Positions 9,241 to 19,365 of a DNA stretch of 56,253 bases are shown piece after piece. Origin of the DNA: Sphaerobacter sp. (GTDB taxonomy: Bacteria; Chloroflexota; Chloroflexia; Thermomicrobiales; Thermomicrobiaceae). The stretch covers positions 1-56,253 of the forward strand of contig JASBVL010000060.1 in NCBI GenBank assembly GCA_029961075.1, given 5' to 3'. The first letter of the stretch is position 1, and every line of letters begins with the position of its first letter. Under the pieces are notes generated by a model. The model was not told the origin of the DNA. It did not search any database and saw only the letters and a program-made list of their open reading frames with translations. The translations under genes were made by a program, and so were the position numbers.

Positions 9241-9284
9241 CCGGCCCGGCGGCGTGGGGTGCCGCCGGGCCGGTTGTTCTCGTG
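9241..9284. terminator. Bidirectional intrinsic-terminator-like hairpin between the convergent catalase and DUF4926 genes.
   Basis: CCGGCCCGGCGGC-GTGGGGT-GCCGCCGGGCCGG followed by TTGTTCTCGTG. Confidence 0.55.
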
Positions 9285-9509
9285 TCAGACGACCGCGCGG
9301 ACGTGGGCGATCTCACGCGGACTGATGGAACGGACGGCATCGGCCGGCAAGGTGACTACAGCCACCGTCTCGCCGCCCAGGGCCGCGAACTCGACCTCAT
9401 ATGCCCTGCCACCAGGATAGACGTGGACCACCGTGCCCAGGTCACCCGCGGCCAGACCGAACTCAGGCAGGTCGCGCATCAATACCACCTGGTCCAGTTC
9501 ACGAAACAT
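9285..9509 (-). CDS. DUF4926-family small protein, 74 aa.
   Basis: MFRELDQVVLMRDLPEFGLAAGDLGTVVHVY...YEVEF...GETVAVVTL closely matches the DUF4926 consensus. A lower-GC promoter region lies upstream. Confidence 0.7.
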   Translation of the reverse strand: MFRELDQVVLMRDLPEFGLAAGDLGTVVHVYPGGRAYEVEFAALGGETVAVVTLPADAVRSISPREIAHVRAVV

Positions 9510-9747
9510 GCGTTACTCCTCTAGCGGGTAGGCAGAGAGAAGCATACCAGACCGAACTGGCGACCACGCTAACGATCGCCCAGACACGAGATCTGCGATT
9601 CCGGGTAGCCCCATCGCCTCGCGTTCGCGACGCACCTGGGACCAATGGGTCGTTGGAGGGGACGCCGCGGGCTGCTAGGCTGGCCGGTGCCGGGACAGCC
9701 GGCGCGCGGGGTGTGAGCGTCATGTCCCGCCGGGGGAGGGACGGCGC

Positions 9748-10584
9748 GTGCCAGTCTGGGATCACTTCGTCGATCTGATCGCGTGGGGACTGCGGGAGCT
9801 GGCGAGCCTCAGCGGCAGCGCGGGGCTCGCGGTCCTGCTCTTCACCCTCATCCTGAAGACCGCGCTGCTGCCGGTAACGGTCCGGACGCGCCGGAGCACC
9901 GCCGCCCTGCGCGCCATCCAGCCCGCGCTCGCGGAGCTGCGGCGGACCTACGCCGGTGATCGGCAGCGCCTGTCGGCGGAGACGCTGAAGCTCTACCAGC
10001 AGCACGGCATCAACCCGGCGGCCGGCTGCCTGCCCACCGTGCTGAGTATCCCCGTCTTCGTTGGGCTCCTCGTCGCCATCCGCGCGTTGTCCGGGACGGG
10101 CAACGGTCCCTGGTCCGAGCCCTTCCTCTGGCTGCCCGGCATGGCCACGGCCGACCCCTGGCACATCCTGCCGCTCGCGGCGGGCGCGCTGCAACTGATC
10201 CAGACCGTGATGCTGTGGCCCGCGGGCACGCGTGTGGCCGCCAGCGGTCGGCGCCAGGCGACGGCGGCCCGGGCCCTCCTCCTGCCGGCGATCGTCGTCG
10301 CCGTCGGCTGGCACGCGCCGGCCGGCACGGTCCTCTATTGGGCCGCGTCGGCGCTCTACAGCGTCGTCGAGCAGTGGCTGCTGACCGGCTGGGGTGCCGT
10401 GCGCGACTGGCTTCCCTTCCTCCCGGAGCTCCCGGAGCACCGCCGCCCGGGCTACGTCGACCCCGCCACCCTGGCGACGGAGGCGGCCACCCGCCGGCCG
10501 CCCTGGCTGATCCGCCAGATCAACCAGCGCGCGGCCCGGCGCATCCAGCAGCTCGAGGCCGAGCGCGCGCAGCAGGACGGGTAG
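9748..10584 (+). CDS. yidC: Membrane protein insertase YidC/Oxa1, short (SpoIIIJ-like) form.
   Basis: Five-helix core with LKLYQQHGINPAAGCLP and VLYWAASALYSVVEQ. GTG start with GGGGGAGGGA RBS. Confidence 0.82.
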   Translation: MPVWDHFVDLIAWGLRELASLSGSAGLAVLLFTLILKTALLPVTVRTRRSTAALRAIQPALAELRRTYAGDRQRLSAETLKLYQQHGINPAAGCLPTVLSIPVFVGLLVAIRALSGTGNGPWSEPFLWLPGMATADPWHILPLAAGALQLIQTVMLWPAGTRVAASGRRQATAARALLLPAIVVAVGWHAPAGTVLYWAASALYSVVEQWLLTGWGAVRDWLPFLPELPEHRRPGYVDPATLATEAATRRPPWLIRQINQRAARRIQQLEAERAQQDG

Positions 10585-10597
10585 GAAGCCGTCCAGC

Positions 10598-10800
10598 GTC
10601 ATGCGTCAGGCGTCAGGCGTCATGCGTGTTCCGTATTGCGTATTGCGTATTGCGTGTCTTGCAGTGCGTGCGGTGTCAGGCGTCCTGCGTCCTCAGTGCT
10701 CCGCGGTCTCCCCGCTCTCCCGTGTGGGGAGCGGGGCCGGGGGTGAGGGGGACGGATGACGCATCACGGATGACGCATGACGTTCCCCCTCACCCCCGGC
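10598..10800. repeat. Repeat family A copy A3, a complete element. Layout: TCAGGCG/TATTGCG heptamers, core CTCCCCGCTCTCCCGTGTGGGGAGCGGGGCCGGGGGTGAGGGGG, then GATGACGCAT inverted arm.
   Basis: Seen in sequence. Confidence 0.75.
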
Positions 10801-10976
10801 CCGTGCCCGGCCGTCCACCCCCCAGGTCGGCCCGGCAGGGACTTGCATGCAGACCGAAGCCCGGCTACACTAGGGCCACTGTGTACGTACATAGATCGCA
10901 TGTTCTGTCAATTCACGCACTTTGTGAGGGATCTGTGACAGAAAGACACCTCTAGACAGCGGTTAGCAGGCCTGGT

Positions 10977-11026
10977 ACACTACATGTAGTGTTGCGAAGG
11001 ACGGGGAGCACCATATATCGTTGCCC
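10977..11026. promoter_or_regulatory. Tandem NrdR boxes upstream of nrdJ. Box 1 is ACACTACATGTAGTGT, a perfect 16-bp palindrome at 10977-10992. Box 2 is GCACCATATATCGTTG at about 11009-11024. Centres are about 32 bp apart.
   Basis: Match to the NrdR-box consensus acaCwAtATaTwGtgt. Spacing of about three helical turns is typical of NrdR operators. Location is about 210 bp upstream of the RNR start. Confidence 0.6.
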
Positions 11027-11234
11027 CGCCCCCCAGAGCCGGCAGAAGCCCAGCACACATCGCAGGGATCGGTAAGCGGATCGGCGCAAGCGCATCCGGG
11101 ACATCTTCGGATATCAGATCTTGGCCGATCGACAGGGGTGGCATTCGCGCTGCGCGCTGGTGGGGTGGGGTCCCGAGGTGTCTCCGGCGTCGCGGACACG
11201 TGGAGAGCGGATTGTGACGGAATCGGGGGGACCG

Positions 11235-14200
11235 ATGGAGGATCGCGAGAAGCGCAGACGGACCGGCGCGAAGGGGACGCAGCCGACGGGGCTGCGGATC
11301 CCGCGCGTCTTCACCCAGGCGGGCCAGGACCCGTTCGATACCGTCGCGTGGGCGCGACGCACCTCGCGGATCACCAACCCGGACGGCTCGGTCGTCTTCG
11401 AGATGCAGGACGCCGAGATCCCGGCGAGCTGGTCGCAGGTGGCGACCGACATCATGGTCTCCAAGTACTTCCGCAAGGCGGGCGTGCCGCAGTACGACGA
11501 GGCCGGGAACCCGCTGCGCGACGCGGACGGCAACCCAGTGCTCGGCTCCGAGCGCAGCGCCAAGCAGGTCATCTCCCGCCTGACCGGCTGCTGGCGGGCC
11601 TGGGGCGAGCGCTACGGCTACTTCGCGACGCCGGAGGATGCCCAGGCCTTCGAGGACGAGCTGAAGTACATGCTCGTCCACCAGATGGCGGCGCCCAACT
11701 CGCCGCAGTGGTTCAACACCGGGCTGCACCACGCCTACGGCATCAGCGGGCCGCCGCAGGGCCACTCCTACATCGACCCGGACACCGGCGAGCTGCGGTA
11801 CTCCGAGGACGCCTACAGCCGCCCCACGCCGCATGCCTGCTTCATCCAGTCGGTCGAGGACGACCTGGTCAACCCCGGCGGCATCTTCGACCTGGTCACG
11901 CGCGAGGCGCGGGTCTTCAAGTACGGCTCCGGCTCCGGCACCAACTTCTCGAAGATCCGGGCCGAGGGCGAGCCGCTCTCGGGCGGCGGCACCTCGTCCG
12001 GCCTGATGAGCTTCCTGAAGATCTTCGACCGCGCCGCCGGGGCGATCAAGAGCGGCGGCACCACGCGCCGCGCGGCCAAGATGGTCGTGGTCGACATCGA
12101 CCACCCCGACATCGAGCAGTTCATCAACTGGAAGGCCGAAGAGGAGAAGAAGGTCGCGGCACTGATCGCTGCCGGCTACTCGGCCGACTTCAACGGCGAG
12201 GCCTACGCGACCGTCTCCGGGCAGAACTCGAACAACTCGGTGCGCGTCACCGACGAGTTCATCCGCGCCGTGCTGACCGACGGCGAGTGGCAGCTCCGCT
12301 GGCGGACGGACGGCCGCGTGGCCAAGACGGTGCGGGCGCGCGATCTGTGGCGCCAGATCGCCCAGGCCGCCTGGCAGTGCGCCGACCCCGGCCTGCAATT
12401 CGACACCACCATCAACGACTGGCACACCTGCCCGGCCTCCGGCCGCATCAACGCCTCGAACCCGTGCTCCGAGTACATGTTCCTCGACGACACGGCGTGC
12501 AACCTGGCGTCGTTGAACCTGATGAAGTTCTACGACGTCGAGCGGCGCACCTTCGACATCGAGCGCTTCCGGCACGCCGTGCGCCTCTGGACCATCGTGC
12601 TGGAGATCAGCGTGCTGATGGCGCAGTTCCCGAGCGAGGCGATCGCCCGCAAGAGCTACGAGTTCCGCACCCTCGGGCTGGGCTACGCCAACCTCGGCTC
12701 GCTGCTGATGACCATGGGCCTGCCCTACGACTCGGACCGCGCCCGCGCCATCGCCGCGGCGGTCACCGCGATCATGACCGGCGAGGCCTACGCCGCCTCG
12801 GCCGAGCTGGCGAGCGTGCTCGGGCCCTTCCCCGGCTTCGCCGCCAACCGCGAGCACATGCTGCGGGTGATCCGCAACCACCGGCGCGCGGCCTACAACG
12901 CGCACCCGGGCGAGTACGAGGGCCTGTCGATCACCCCGGTCGGGCTCGACCCCGCCCACTGCCCGGCGGACCTGCTCCAGGCGGCGCGGGCGGCCTGGGA
13001 CCGGGCGCTGGAGCTGGGTGAGCGGTACGGCTACCGTAACGCCCAGACGACCCTGCTGGCGCCGACCGGCACGATCGGGCTCCTGATGGACTGCGACACG
13101 ACCGGCGTCGAGCCAGACTTCGCCCTGGTGAAGTTCAAGAAGCTGGCCGGCGGCGGCTACTTCAAGATCGCCAACCAGTCGATCGCCCCGGCGCTGCGCG
13201 CGCTCGGCTACACCCCGGAGCAGGTCGAGGACATCCTGCGCTACGTGCTCGGCACGCTCTCCTTCGACGGCGCGCCGCACATCAACCGGGCGTCGCTGGC
13301 GGCCAAGGGGCTGACCGACGACGACATCGCGCGCCTGGAGCAGGCGCTGCCGACCGTGTTCGAGCTGTCCTACGCCTTCACCCCCTGGACGCTGGGCGAG
13401 GAGGCCATGCGGCGGCTGGGCTTCACGCCCGAGCAGTGGCAGCAGCCGGGCTTCAACCTGCTGCGCGAGCTGGGCTTCACGCCGCAGCAGATCGCCGAGG
13501 CGAACGACGTCATCTGCGGCATGCAGACGGTGGAGGGCGCGCCGCACCTGAAGCCGGAGCACCTGCCGGTGTTCGACTGCGCCAACAAGTGCGGCAAGCA
13601 CGGCCAGCGCTTCATCCACCACATGGGCCACATCCGCATGATGGCCGCCGTCCAGCCGTTCCTCTCCGGCGCGATCTCGAAGACGATCAACATGCCGCAT
13701 GAGGTGACGGTGGAGGACATCGAAGAGGCGTACATGGCCTCCTGGCGGCTCGGCCTGAAGGCGATGGCGCTCTACCGCGACGGCTCCAAGCTCTCCCAGC
13801 CGCTCTCCACCGCCAACAAGCCGGCGCAGCCGGCGGCGGCCGCGGCCGAGTCCGCGACGGCGACGCCCGAGCCGCAGATCGTCTACGTGGAGCGGCCCAA
13901 GCGCCGCCCGCTGCCGGCCAAGCGCCGCGGCTTCACCCAGGAGGGGCGCGTCGCCGGGCACAAGATCTACCTGCGCACCGGCGAGTACGAGGACGGCACG
14001 CTGGGCGAGATCTTCATCGACATGCACAAGGAGGGCGCGGCCTTCCGCAGCCTGATGAACTGCTTCGCCATCGCCGTCTCCAAGGGGCTGCAGTACGGCG
14101 TGCCGCTGGAGGAGTTCGTCGACACCTTCACCTTCCAGCGCTTCGAGCCGCAGGGCCTGGTGGAGGGCCACCCCTACATCAAGATGGCGACCTCGATCAT

Positions 14201-14609
14201 CGACTACGTCTTCCGCGTGCTCGGCTACGAGTACCTGGGCCGCACCGACTTCGTCCAGGTGCAGCCGCCGATCCACGGCGACGACGCCGAGGCGCTGGGC
14301 GAGGGCGACGACGCGGAGGCCAGCAGACCGGAGGCGAGCCCGGCCCCGCAGCCGGCCGTGGCCAGCGCCACGCCGCCGGCCGCGCCTAACGGCGCGCCGC
14401 CCAAGACCACCAACGGGCACAGCGTCACAGCGGCCGCGCTCGCGTCGCTGGTCGCCGTGGCGCAGGCGCCGATGGACGGCGGGCTGTCGGAGCACCTGTC
14501 GCAGATGATGGGCGACGCCCCCTTCTGCGACGTCTGCGGCCACATCACCGTGCGCAACGGCGCCTGCTACAAGTGCCTCAACTGCGGTAACAGCCTGGGG
14601 TGCTCCTAG
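11235..14609 (+). CDS. nrdJ: Adenosylcobalamin-dependent class II ribonucleoside-diphosphate reductase, NrdJ-type, about 1125 aa.
   Basis: [11 protein letters not shown] active-site Cys region, NPCSEY and a C-terminal CxxC...CxxC zinc ribbon. Length and layout are typical of monomeric class II RNR. ATG at 11235; the track ORF begins with TTG at 11121. Confidence 0.9.
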   Translation: MEDREKRRRTGAKGTQPTGLRIPRVFTQAGQDPFDTVAWARRTSRITNPDGSVVFEMQDAEIPASWSQVATDIMVSKYFRKAGVPQYDEAGNPLRDADGNPVLGSERSAKQVISRLTGCWRAWGERYGYFATPEDAQAFEDELKYMLVHQMAAPNSPQWFNTGLHHAYGISGPPQGHSYIDPDTGELRYSEDAYSRPTPHACFIQSVEDDLVNPGGIFDLVTREARVFKYGSGSGTNFSKIRAEGEPLSGGGTSSGLMSFLKIFDRAAGAIKSGGTTRRAAKMVVVDIDHPDIEQFINWKAEEEKKVAALIAAGYSADFNGEAYATVSGQNSNNSVRVTDEFIRAVLTDGEWQLRWRTDGRVAKTVRARDLWRQIAQAAWQCADPGLQFDTTINDWHTCPASGRINASNPCSEYMFLDDTACNLASLNLMKFYDVERRTFDIERFRHAVRLWTIVLEISVLMAQFPSEAIARKSYEFRTLGLGYANLGSLLMTMGLPYDSDRARAIAAAVTAIMTGEAYAASAELASVLGPFPGFAANREHMLRVIRNHRRAAYNAHPGEYEGLSITPVGLDPAHCPADLLQAARAAWDRALELGERYGYRNAQTTLLAPTGTIGLLMDCDTTGVEPDFALVKFKKLAGGGYFKIANQSIAPALRALGYTPEQVEDILRYVLGTLSFDGAPHINRASLAAKGLTDDDIARLEQALPTVFELSYAFTPWTLGEEAMRRLGFTPEQWQQPGFNLLRELGFTPQQIAEANDVICGMQTVEGAPHLKPEHLPVFDCANKCGKHGQRFIHHMGHIRMMAAVQPFLSGAISKTINMPHEVTVEDIEEAYMASWRLGLKAMALYRDGSKLSQPLSTANKPAQPAAAAAESATATPEPQIVYVERPKRRPLPAKRRGFTQEGRVAGHKIYLRTGEYEDGTLGEIFIDMHKEGAAFRSLMNCFAIAVSKGLQYGVPLEEFVDTFTFQRFEPQGLVEGHPYIKMATSIIDYVFRVLGYEYLGRTDFVQVQPPIHGDDAEALGEGDDAEASRPEASPAPQPAVASATPPAAPNGAPPKTTNGHSVTAAALASLVAVAQAPMDGGLSEHLSQMMGDAPFCDVCGHITVRNGACYKCLNCGNSLGCS

Positions 14610-14633
14610 GCGCCCACGCCCCAGTCCGGCAGC

Positions 14634-14661
14634 GAGGTCCTGGCGATCGCGCCAGGACCTC
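14634..14661 (+). terminator. Perfect 12-bp-stem hairpin GAGGTCCTGGCG-ATCG-CGCCAGGACCTC, 25 nt after the nrdJ stop. It has no U-tract.
   Basis: Seen in sequence. Confidence 0.45.
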
Positions 14662-14755
14662 GCGCTATGCGGCTCCAGCGTTCGGCCGCGACATGGTATG
14701 CTCCGACTATCGTGCCAGGCACACGAATCGGTGCCATCGCCTCGGGGTGCGCCAG

Positions 14756-15139
14756 ATGAGGAGCACCAGGACCAAGATCGGCTCCGGCGGTCGAGTCGTG
14801 ATTCCGGCGGAGATGCGACGCGACCTTGGACGAGCCGACGGCGACGGCGTCATCGTGCACGCTGAGGACGGCGAGCTGCGCATCGCGAGTCCACGGGAGG
14901 CGATCCGGCGTGCGCAGGAGCTGGTGCGCCGGTATGTCCTGGCGGAGCGCTCGTTGGTCGACGAACTGATCGCCGAGCGGCGCGACGAGGCAGCGCGTGA
15001 GGAGGACCGTCCTCGATGCTGCGGCTCTGCTGGCACTGCCCCAGCAGGAGGCAGGAGCCAACGTCGTTGCACAGGCCGTCCAGCATGGCACCGTGATCTG
15101 CGCGGTCAACCTCGCCGAGGTCGTCGGAAAGCTGGCTGA
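14756..15139 (+). CDS. vapB: AbrB/MazE/SpoVT-fold antitoxin, VapB-like. The 3' extent is uncertain because the ORF reads 143 nt into vapC.
   Basis: GGRVVIPAEMRRDLG swapped-hairpin motif. It lies immediately upstream of a PIN ORF. Confidence 0.55.
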   Translation: MRSTRTKIGSGGRVVIPAEMRRDLGRADGDGVIVHAEDGELRIASPREAIRRAQELVRRYVLAERSLVDELIAERRDEAAREEDRPRCCGSAGTAPAGGRSQRRCTGRPAWHRDLRGQPRRGRRKAG

Positions 15140-15380
15140 CGAGGGGGTGCCGGCCAACGTCTTGGAACAGATCCTCGATCCGCTCGATATCGAGGTGGTC
15201 CCCTTCGACACGCGCCTCGCCAATCGCGGGGCTCCTCCACCCGGCGACCCGCCCGAGAGGGCTGGCGCTGGGCGATCGCGCGTGCATCGCCCTCGCACAG
15301 GAGCGGGACTGCCGAGAGTGGGTGCGGACAGGAGCTGGCAGGATCTCCCGCACGGCGTCGAGCTCTACATGATCCGTTAG
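14997..15380 (+). pseudogene. vapC: VapC-type PIN-domain toxin disrupted by two nearby compensating frameshifts, at about 15225-15232 and about 15312-15325.
   Basis: The N-terminal VLDAAALLAL...AVNLAEVVGKL is in frame. The conserved IAGLLHPATRPRGLALGDRACIALAQERDC segment is encoded in frame +1. The conserved end ADRSWQDLPHGVELYMIR is back in the original frame. Confidence 0.55.
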
Positions 15381-15592
15381 GCTCGGATCGGTGGCCGATG
15401 GTGTCCGACCTCCCGATCTGTTGGAGGTGCCCGCGGGAGCAGGCGCGACGCGGAGCAGACGGCGCGCAGCCCTGCGCCTCGTCGCGACGCACGCGCCACG
15501 ACGGGAGGGGGCCATGCATTCCGCTGATGCGAACCGGCAACTCGTCACGCAGTTCTGACGGGCGATGAACGCGAACGATTGGCGCGGCGGCG

Positions 15593-15919
15593 TTGTTCCA
15601 CGACGAGTTCACGCTGGAGTGGCCGCAGTCCGGCGGGCGCATCCGCGGCCGGGACAACTTCGTGCAGGTCAATACCCGCTACCCCGCGGCCGAGCCCTGG
15701 CGCTTCGCGGTGCACCGCATCGTCGCCGACGACGGCGGCGCGGTGTCCGACGTCACCGTCACCGATGGGGCGGTCGTCGCGCGGGCCATCTCCTTCTTTG
15801 CGATGCGGGACGGGCGGATCTGGCGCATGACCGAGTTCTGGCCGGACCCCTTCGCGCCGCAGGAGTGGCGGGCGGCATGGGTGGGACGCTTCGACCCCGG
15901 GGCGCCCGTCATGCCGTGA
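15593..15919 (+). pseudogene. SnoaL-like/NTF2-fold protein fragment, N-terminally truncated or frameshifted.
   Basis: LFHDEFTLEWPQSGGRIRGRDNF is the characteristic SnoaL segment. Only about 9 residues precede it in any frame. An upstream ATG at 15565 is in another frame. Confidence 0.4.
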
Positions 15920-16019
15920 CGGGCATCGTCTCCGCACGCCGCGGGCGGACCGCCGCTCGCCTGCCCACCGACGCGGCGTCGCGCGCCGGTGGGGCGCGTG
16001 GCGCGGCGGCCGCGGCGGG

Positions 16020-16460
16020 TCACGCGTCGGGCAGGACGAACGGCAGGAGCTCCGGAGGAACCGCCTTCAGCCCACGACGCAGGGCCTTCGCCAGCGCGTA
16101 GCGCATCGACGCGGCGTAGCGCTCCCGCACCCGGCGGTCGATCGGCACGCCGCGGCGCCGCATCTGCTCCAGGGCAAACTCCCAGGCCAGGTACTCTTCG
16201 CGCCAGCGAGGGCGCACCCGCCCGAGCGCGTGGTGGCCGACCTCATGGGCGAGGACGGCGAAGCTGAGCGGCGAGCGGGGGTGCGGCGCCTCGATCGGCC
16301 GGCGCGGGTTCCCGACCCAGGCGATGCCGCTCATGCTGCTGCGCCAGTGGCAGACGCGCACGCCGTACTCGCGCAGCAGCGCCAGCGCCTCGGCGGCATA
16401 GCGCCCCTGGATCTCGGCCGTGACATCCCGCTCGCGCCGCTGCGCCCGGGTGGGCGGCAT
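16020..16460 (-). CDS. HExxH zinc-metallopeptidase-like protein. It resembles the ImmA/IrrE (COG2856) signature, and no HTH partner is evident.
   Basis: FAVLAHEVGHHALG...EEYLAWEFALEQM resembles FTLAHELGH...E.EAN.FA.ELLMP. Start taken at MPPTRAQ inside the 16020..16571 ORF. Confidence 0.4.
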   Translation of the reverse strand: MPPTRAQRRERDVTAEIQGRYAAEALALLREYGVRVCHWRSSMSGIAWVGNPRRPIEAPHPRSPLSFAVLAHEVGHHALGRVRPRWREEYLAWEFALEQMRRRGVPIDRRVRERYAASMRYALAKALRRGLKAVPPELLPFVLPDA

Positions 16461-16594
16461 CGCTCCCCCGCTCCCTCTGTACGTACACGGAGTATGCCGG
16501 GGGCGAGCGGCGGCTGTCAACGCGCCGCGGCATCGCTCCTGCAGCGCACCGCGCGACGGAGCACGGAGCACGCAGCCGGGGACACGGGACGCGC

Positions 16595-17641
16595 ATGACG
16601 CACGACGCCGCTACCGCCCTCGATCGCGCCGTGGCCTGTTACGCGGCGATGCAGCGCCACTTCTACGACCGGCGCCGGCAGCTCTACCGGGAGGCGGAGG
16701 GCGGCCCCGGCGGGTTCAGCTTCGTCTGGCCGTTCTCCCAGGCCCTGGCGGCGACGGTCGATCTCGTCGCGCTGCCGGCCGTGCGCGAACGCTACCGGTC
16801 CGACCTGGCCGCGCGCATCGACGGGGTGGAGCGCTACTGGAATGAGCAGTCTCGCCCGCCGGCATACGACTCGGGGGTCCGCGACTGGCGCGGTGGGGGC
16901 GGCGACCAGTTCTCCGACGACAATGAGTGGATCGGGCTCGCCCTGCTGCGCGCCTACCAGCTCTCCTGGGATGCCACCGCGCTCCAGCGCGCCTGGGATG
17001 TGTTCGCCTTCGTCCGCTCCGGCTGGGACGATGACCCGAGCCACCCCATGCCCGGCGGGTTGTACTGGACCCGGGCGACGTGGACCTGCGATCGGAACAC
17101 CGTCTCGACCGCCCCCGGCGCGCTGCTCGCCCTGCGACTGTACGAGCGCAGCGGTGAGGAGCCGTACCTGGCCTGGGCGCGGCGGATGTACGACTGGGTG
17201 TACGGCACGCTGCGGTCACCCGCCGGCCTCTACTGGGACCACATCGACCTGGCGGGGCAGATCGAGCGGACGTACTGGAGCTACAACCAGGGGACGATGA
17301 TCGGCGCGGGGGTGCTGCTCTACCGGGCCACCGGGGGGACGCGCTACCTGGAGGACGCGCAGCGCACGGCCCAGGCGGCGCTGGCGTACTACGGGGCGGA
17401 CGAGCACCTGGACGCCCAGCGGCCGGCGTTCAACGCGATCTTTCTGGAGAACCTGCTGCTCCTCGACGCGGCGGCCCCGGAGCCCGCCTACCGGGAGCTG
17501 CTGTGGGCGTACGCCGAGCGGACCTGGGCCACCCGGCGCGACCCGGCCACGGGGCTGATCGCGCTCGATCCCGGCCGGCCCCCCGAATTGCTGCACCAGG
17601 CCGGGATGGTGCGCCTCTTCGCGCTGCTCGCCGGGGCGTGA
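16595..17641 (+). CDS. Glycoside hydrolase family 76-like protein, a putative alpha-1,6-mannanase fold.
   Basis: FSDDNEWIGLALLRAYQ is the DDN catalytic pair region of GH76. An (alpha/alpha)6-type W/Y-rich composition. Confidence 0.55.
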   Translation: MTHDAATALDRAVACYAAMQRHFYDRRRQLYREAEGGPGGFSFVWPFSQALAATVDLVALPAVRERYRSDLAARIDGVERYWNEQSRPPAYDSGVRDWRGGGGDQFSDDNEWIGLALLRAYQLSWDATALQRAWDVFAFVRSGWDDDPSHPMPGGLYWTRATWTCDRNTVSTAPGALLALRLYERSGEEPYLAWARRMYDWVYGTLRSPAGLYWDHIDLAGQIERTYWSYNQGTMIGAGVLLYRATGGTRYLEDAQRTAQAALAYYGADEHLDAQRPAFNAIFLENLLLLDAAAPEPAYRELLWAYAERTWATRRDPATGLIALDPGRPPELLHQAGMVRLFALLAGA

Positions 17642-17689
17642 TCGACCGGAGCGCTTCCCCGCCCGCCAGGGCGTCGTCCCACGATAGGG

Positions 17690-17835
17690 CGTGCCCCAGA
17701 CAAAGCCCGGGAGGGCACGAGGCCCTCCCCTACCGCAGACGCGGGGCGCGAGCCACCGGTCGGCGCGGGGCGTGTCGAACGGAGCACCGCCCGGATTCCC
17801 ACGGGCGGGCACGAGGCCCTCCCCTACCGGGCATG
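17690..17835. repeat. Repeat family B cluster B1: GGGCACGAGGCCCTCCCCTACCG (x2) flanking GAGCCACCGGTCGGCGCGGGGCGTGTCGAACGGAGCACCGCCC.
   Basis: Seen in sequence. Units are shared with the clusters at 21345, 33600 and 40230. Confidence 0.7.
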
Positions 17836-17888
17836 CGAAAACCGCACGGACCCACTCGGGCGGCCGGCGGTCGTGGGCGGGCGCGGCG

Positions 17889-19361
17889 CTACGCCTCCCC
17901 CTCGGGCGCGGCCGGCGGGGTGCCGTCGGGCGGCGCGACCGGTGCGCTGCTGCCCGGCATGGTGACCGGCTTGGCCGCCTCGATGCTGCGCAGCCGCGCC
18001 AACAGCTCGGTCACACTCTGTCCGGTCAGCGTCTCGAACAGCTCCGGCATCTGGGCGATCATCTTCGCCACCTCGCCGGTGAGGGCGCTGACCCCGTTGT
18101 GGGAGTCGCCGGTCGAGACGATGGTCACCTTGTCGACGCCGGCCAGCGACTGCGCGAACGCCTGCGCCAGCTCGGGCAGGCCGCTGAGGAACTTGTCGAG
18201 GATCGCTGCCTGGTTGTACTCCTGGAAGGCGGCGGCGCGCAGGTGCATCGCGTCGGCCTCGGCCTGCCCCTTGGCGCGGATGATCTCCGCCTCGGCCAGG
18301 CCCTGCAGCCGGATCGACTCGGCGGCGCCCGCCGCCTCGCGCATGCGGCGCTCCCGCTCCGCATCGGCGAGCAGCTCGATGCGGCGCCGCTCGGCCTCGG
18401 CCTGCTTGATCAGCGTCGCTTCCAGCTCCCGCTCGCGCCGCTGGACCTCCAGCTCCTGGACCTTGATCTGCTCCTGGCGCTGGACCTGCTCGACCCGGAC
18501 CAGCTCGGCGATGACCTGCTGCTGCGCCTGGTTGGCCGCGATGTCGTAGGCCTTCTCGGCGAGCGCCCGCTGGCGCCGGACGTCGGCCTCGTACTGGGCG
18601 CGCTTGATCTCGAGGTCGCGCTGCGCCTCGGCCTGGCGCGCCTGGGAGGCCGTCTGGGCCACGACCCGCTCCTGGTCGGCCTGCGCCTCGGCGATGGCCG
18701 CCTCGCGCCTGGCCATCGCCCGCCGGATGGCCGTGTCGCGCTCGGCCTCGGCCTGGGCGATGTCCGCCTCGCGCTTGATGCGCGCCACGTCGGGCCGCCC
18801 CATGTTGGCGATGTAGTCCTGGTCGTCCATCACCTTCTTGATGGTGAAGGAGACGACCTCCAGCCCCATCTTGCTCAGGTCGTCGGCCACCGTCTGGCGC
18901 ACCCGGCCGGCGACCATCTCCGGCTCCTTCACGATCTGCTCGACGGTGAGCAGGCCGACGATGCCGCGCAGGTGGCCCTCCATCACCAGGCGGATCAGCG
19001 CCTCACGCTCTTCCTGGCTCTTGGTCAGGAACTGCTCGGCAGCGGTGCGGATGCTCTCCGGGTCGGACTTGACCTTGATCTGGGCCACGGCTTCGACGTT
19101 GACGGCGACCCCCTGGGCGGTATAGAGGTCCTGGGAGGGCGCGACGTCGAACGACATGAGCTCCAGGGAGAGCTCCTGATAGCTCTGGAACAGCGGCCAG
19201 ATGAGCTTGCCGCCGCCGGTGACGATCCGGGTGCCGCCCGCGCCGTAGACGATCAGGGCGCGGTTCGGGCTGACGCGGCGATACATGCTGCCGACCACCG
19301 CCATGATGAGGATGAGGACGATGACGGCCGCGACCGCGATGGCGAGGGCTGTGGATAGCAT
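17889..19361 (-). CDS. Flotillin / SPFH (band 7) family protein.
   Basis: N-terminal TM segment, SPFH domain and a long EA/RQ-rich coiled coil. Typical FloT/YuaG architecture. Confidence 0.9.
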   Translation of the reverse strand: MLSTALAIAVAAVIVLILIMAVVGSMYRRVSPNRALIVYGAGGTRIVTGGGKLIWPLFQSYQELSLELMSFDVAPSQDLYTAQGVAVNVEAVAQIKVKSDPESIRTAAEQFLTKSQEEREALIRLVMEGHLRGIVGLLTVEQIVKEPEMVAGRVRQTVADDLSKMGLEVVSFTIKKVMDDQDYIANMGRPDVARIKREADIAQAEAERDTAIRRAMARREAAIAEAQADQERVVAQTASQARQAEAQRDLEIKRAQYEADVRRQRALAEKAYDIAANQAQQQVIAELVRVEQVQRQEQIKVQELEVQRRERELEATLIKQAEAERRRIELLADAERERRMREAAGAAESIRLQGLAEAEIIRAKGQAEADAMHLRAAAFQEYNQAAILDKFLSGLPELAQAFAQSLAGVDKVTIVSTGDSHNGVSALTGEVAKMIAQMPELFETLTGQSVTELLARLRSIEAAKPVTMPGSSAPVAPPDGTPPAAPEGEA

Positions 19362-19365
19362 CGGC

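Noticed and set aside
10830-11234. Cobalamin riboswitch upstream of the B12-dependent RNR
   Set aside because: No B12-box-like sequence. Class II RNR uses B12 as a cofactor and is not normally riboswitch-repressed. NrdR boxes explain the region.
10980-14543. 1187-aa ORF on the minus strand
   Set aside because: Antisense to nrdJ. Arg/Gly/Pro-rich composition typical of spurious ORFs in 70%-GC DNA. The same applies to 17691..19358, 25229..28432, 28553..30274, 42270..44801, 6280..8055, 9499..10602 and 46055..48340.
14991-15000. Canonical GTGA stop/start overlap between vapB and vapC
   Set aside because: The TGA is in frame 1, whereas the readable VapB frame (frame 2) continues past it. It cannot be decided whether a further indel in vapB is involved.
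15565-16101. 178-aa ORF starting at the ATG at 15565
   Set aside because: Only the first 9 or so codons are plausible; the rest is Arg/Gly-rich junk. The conserved SnoaL sequence is in another frame.
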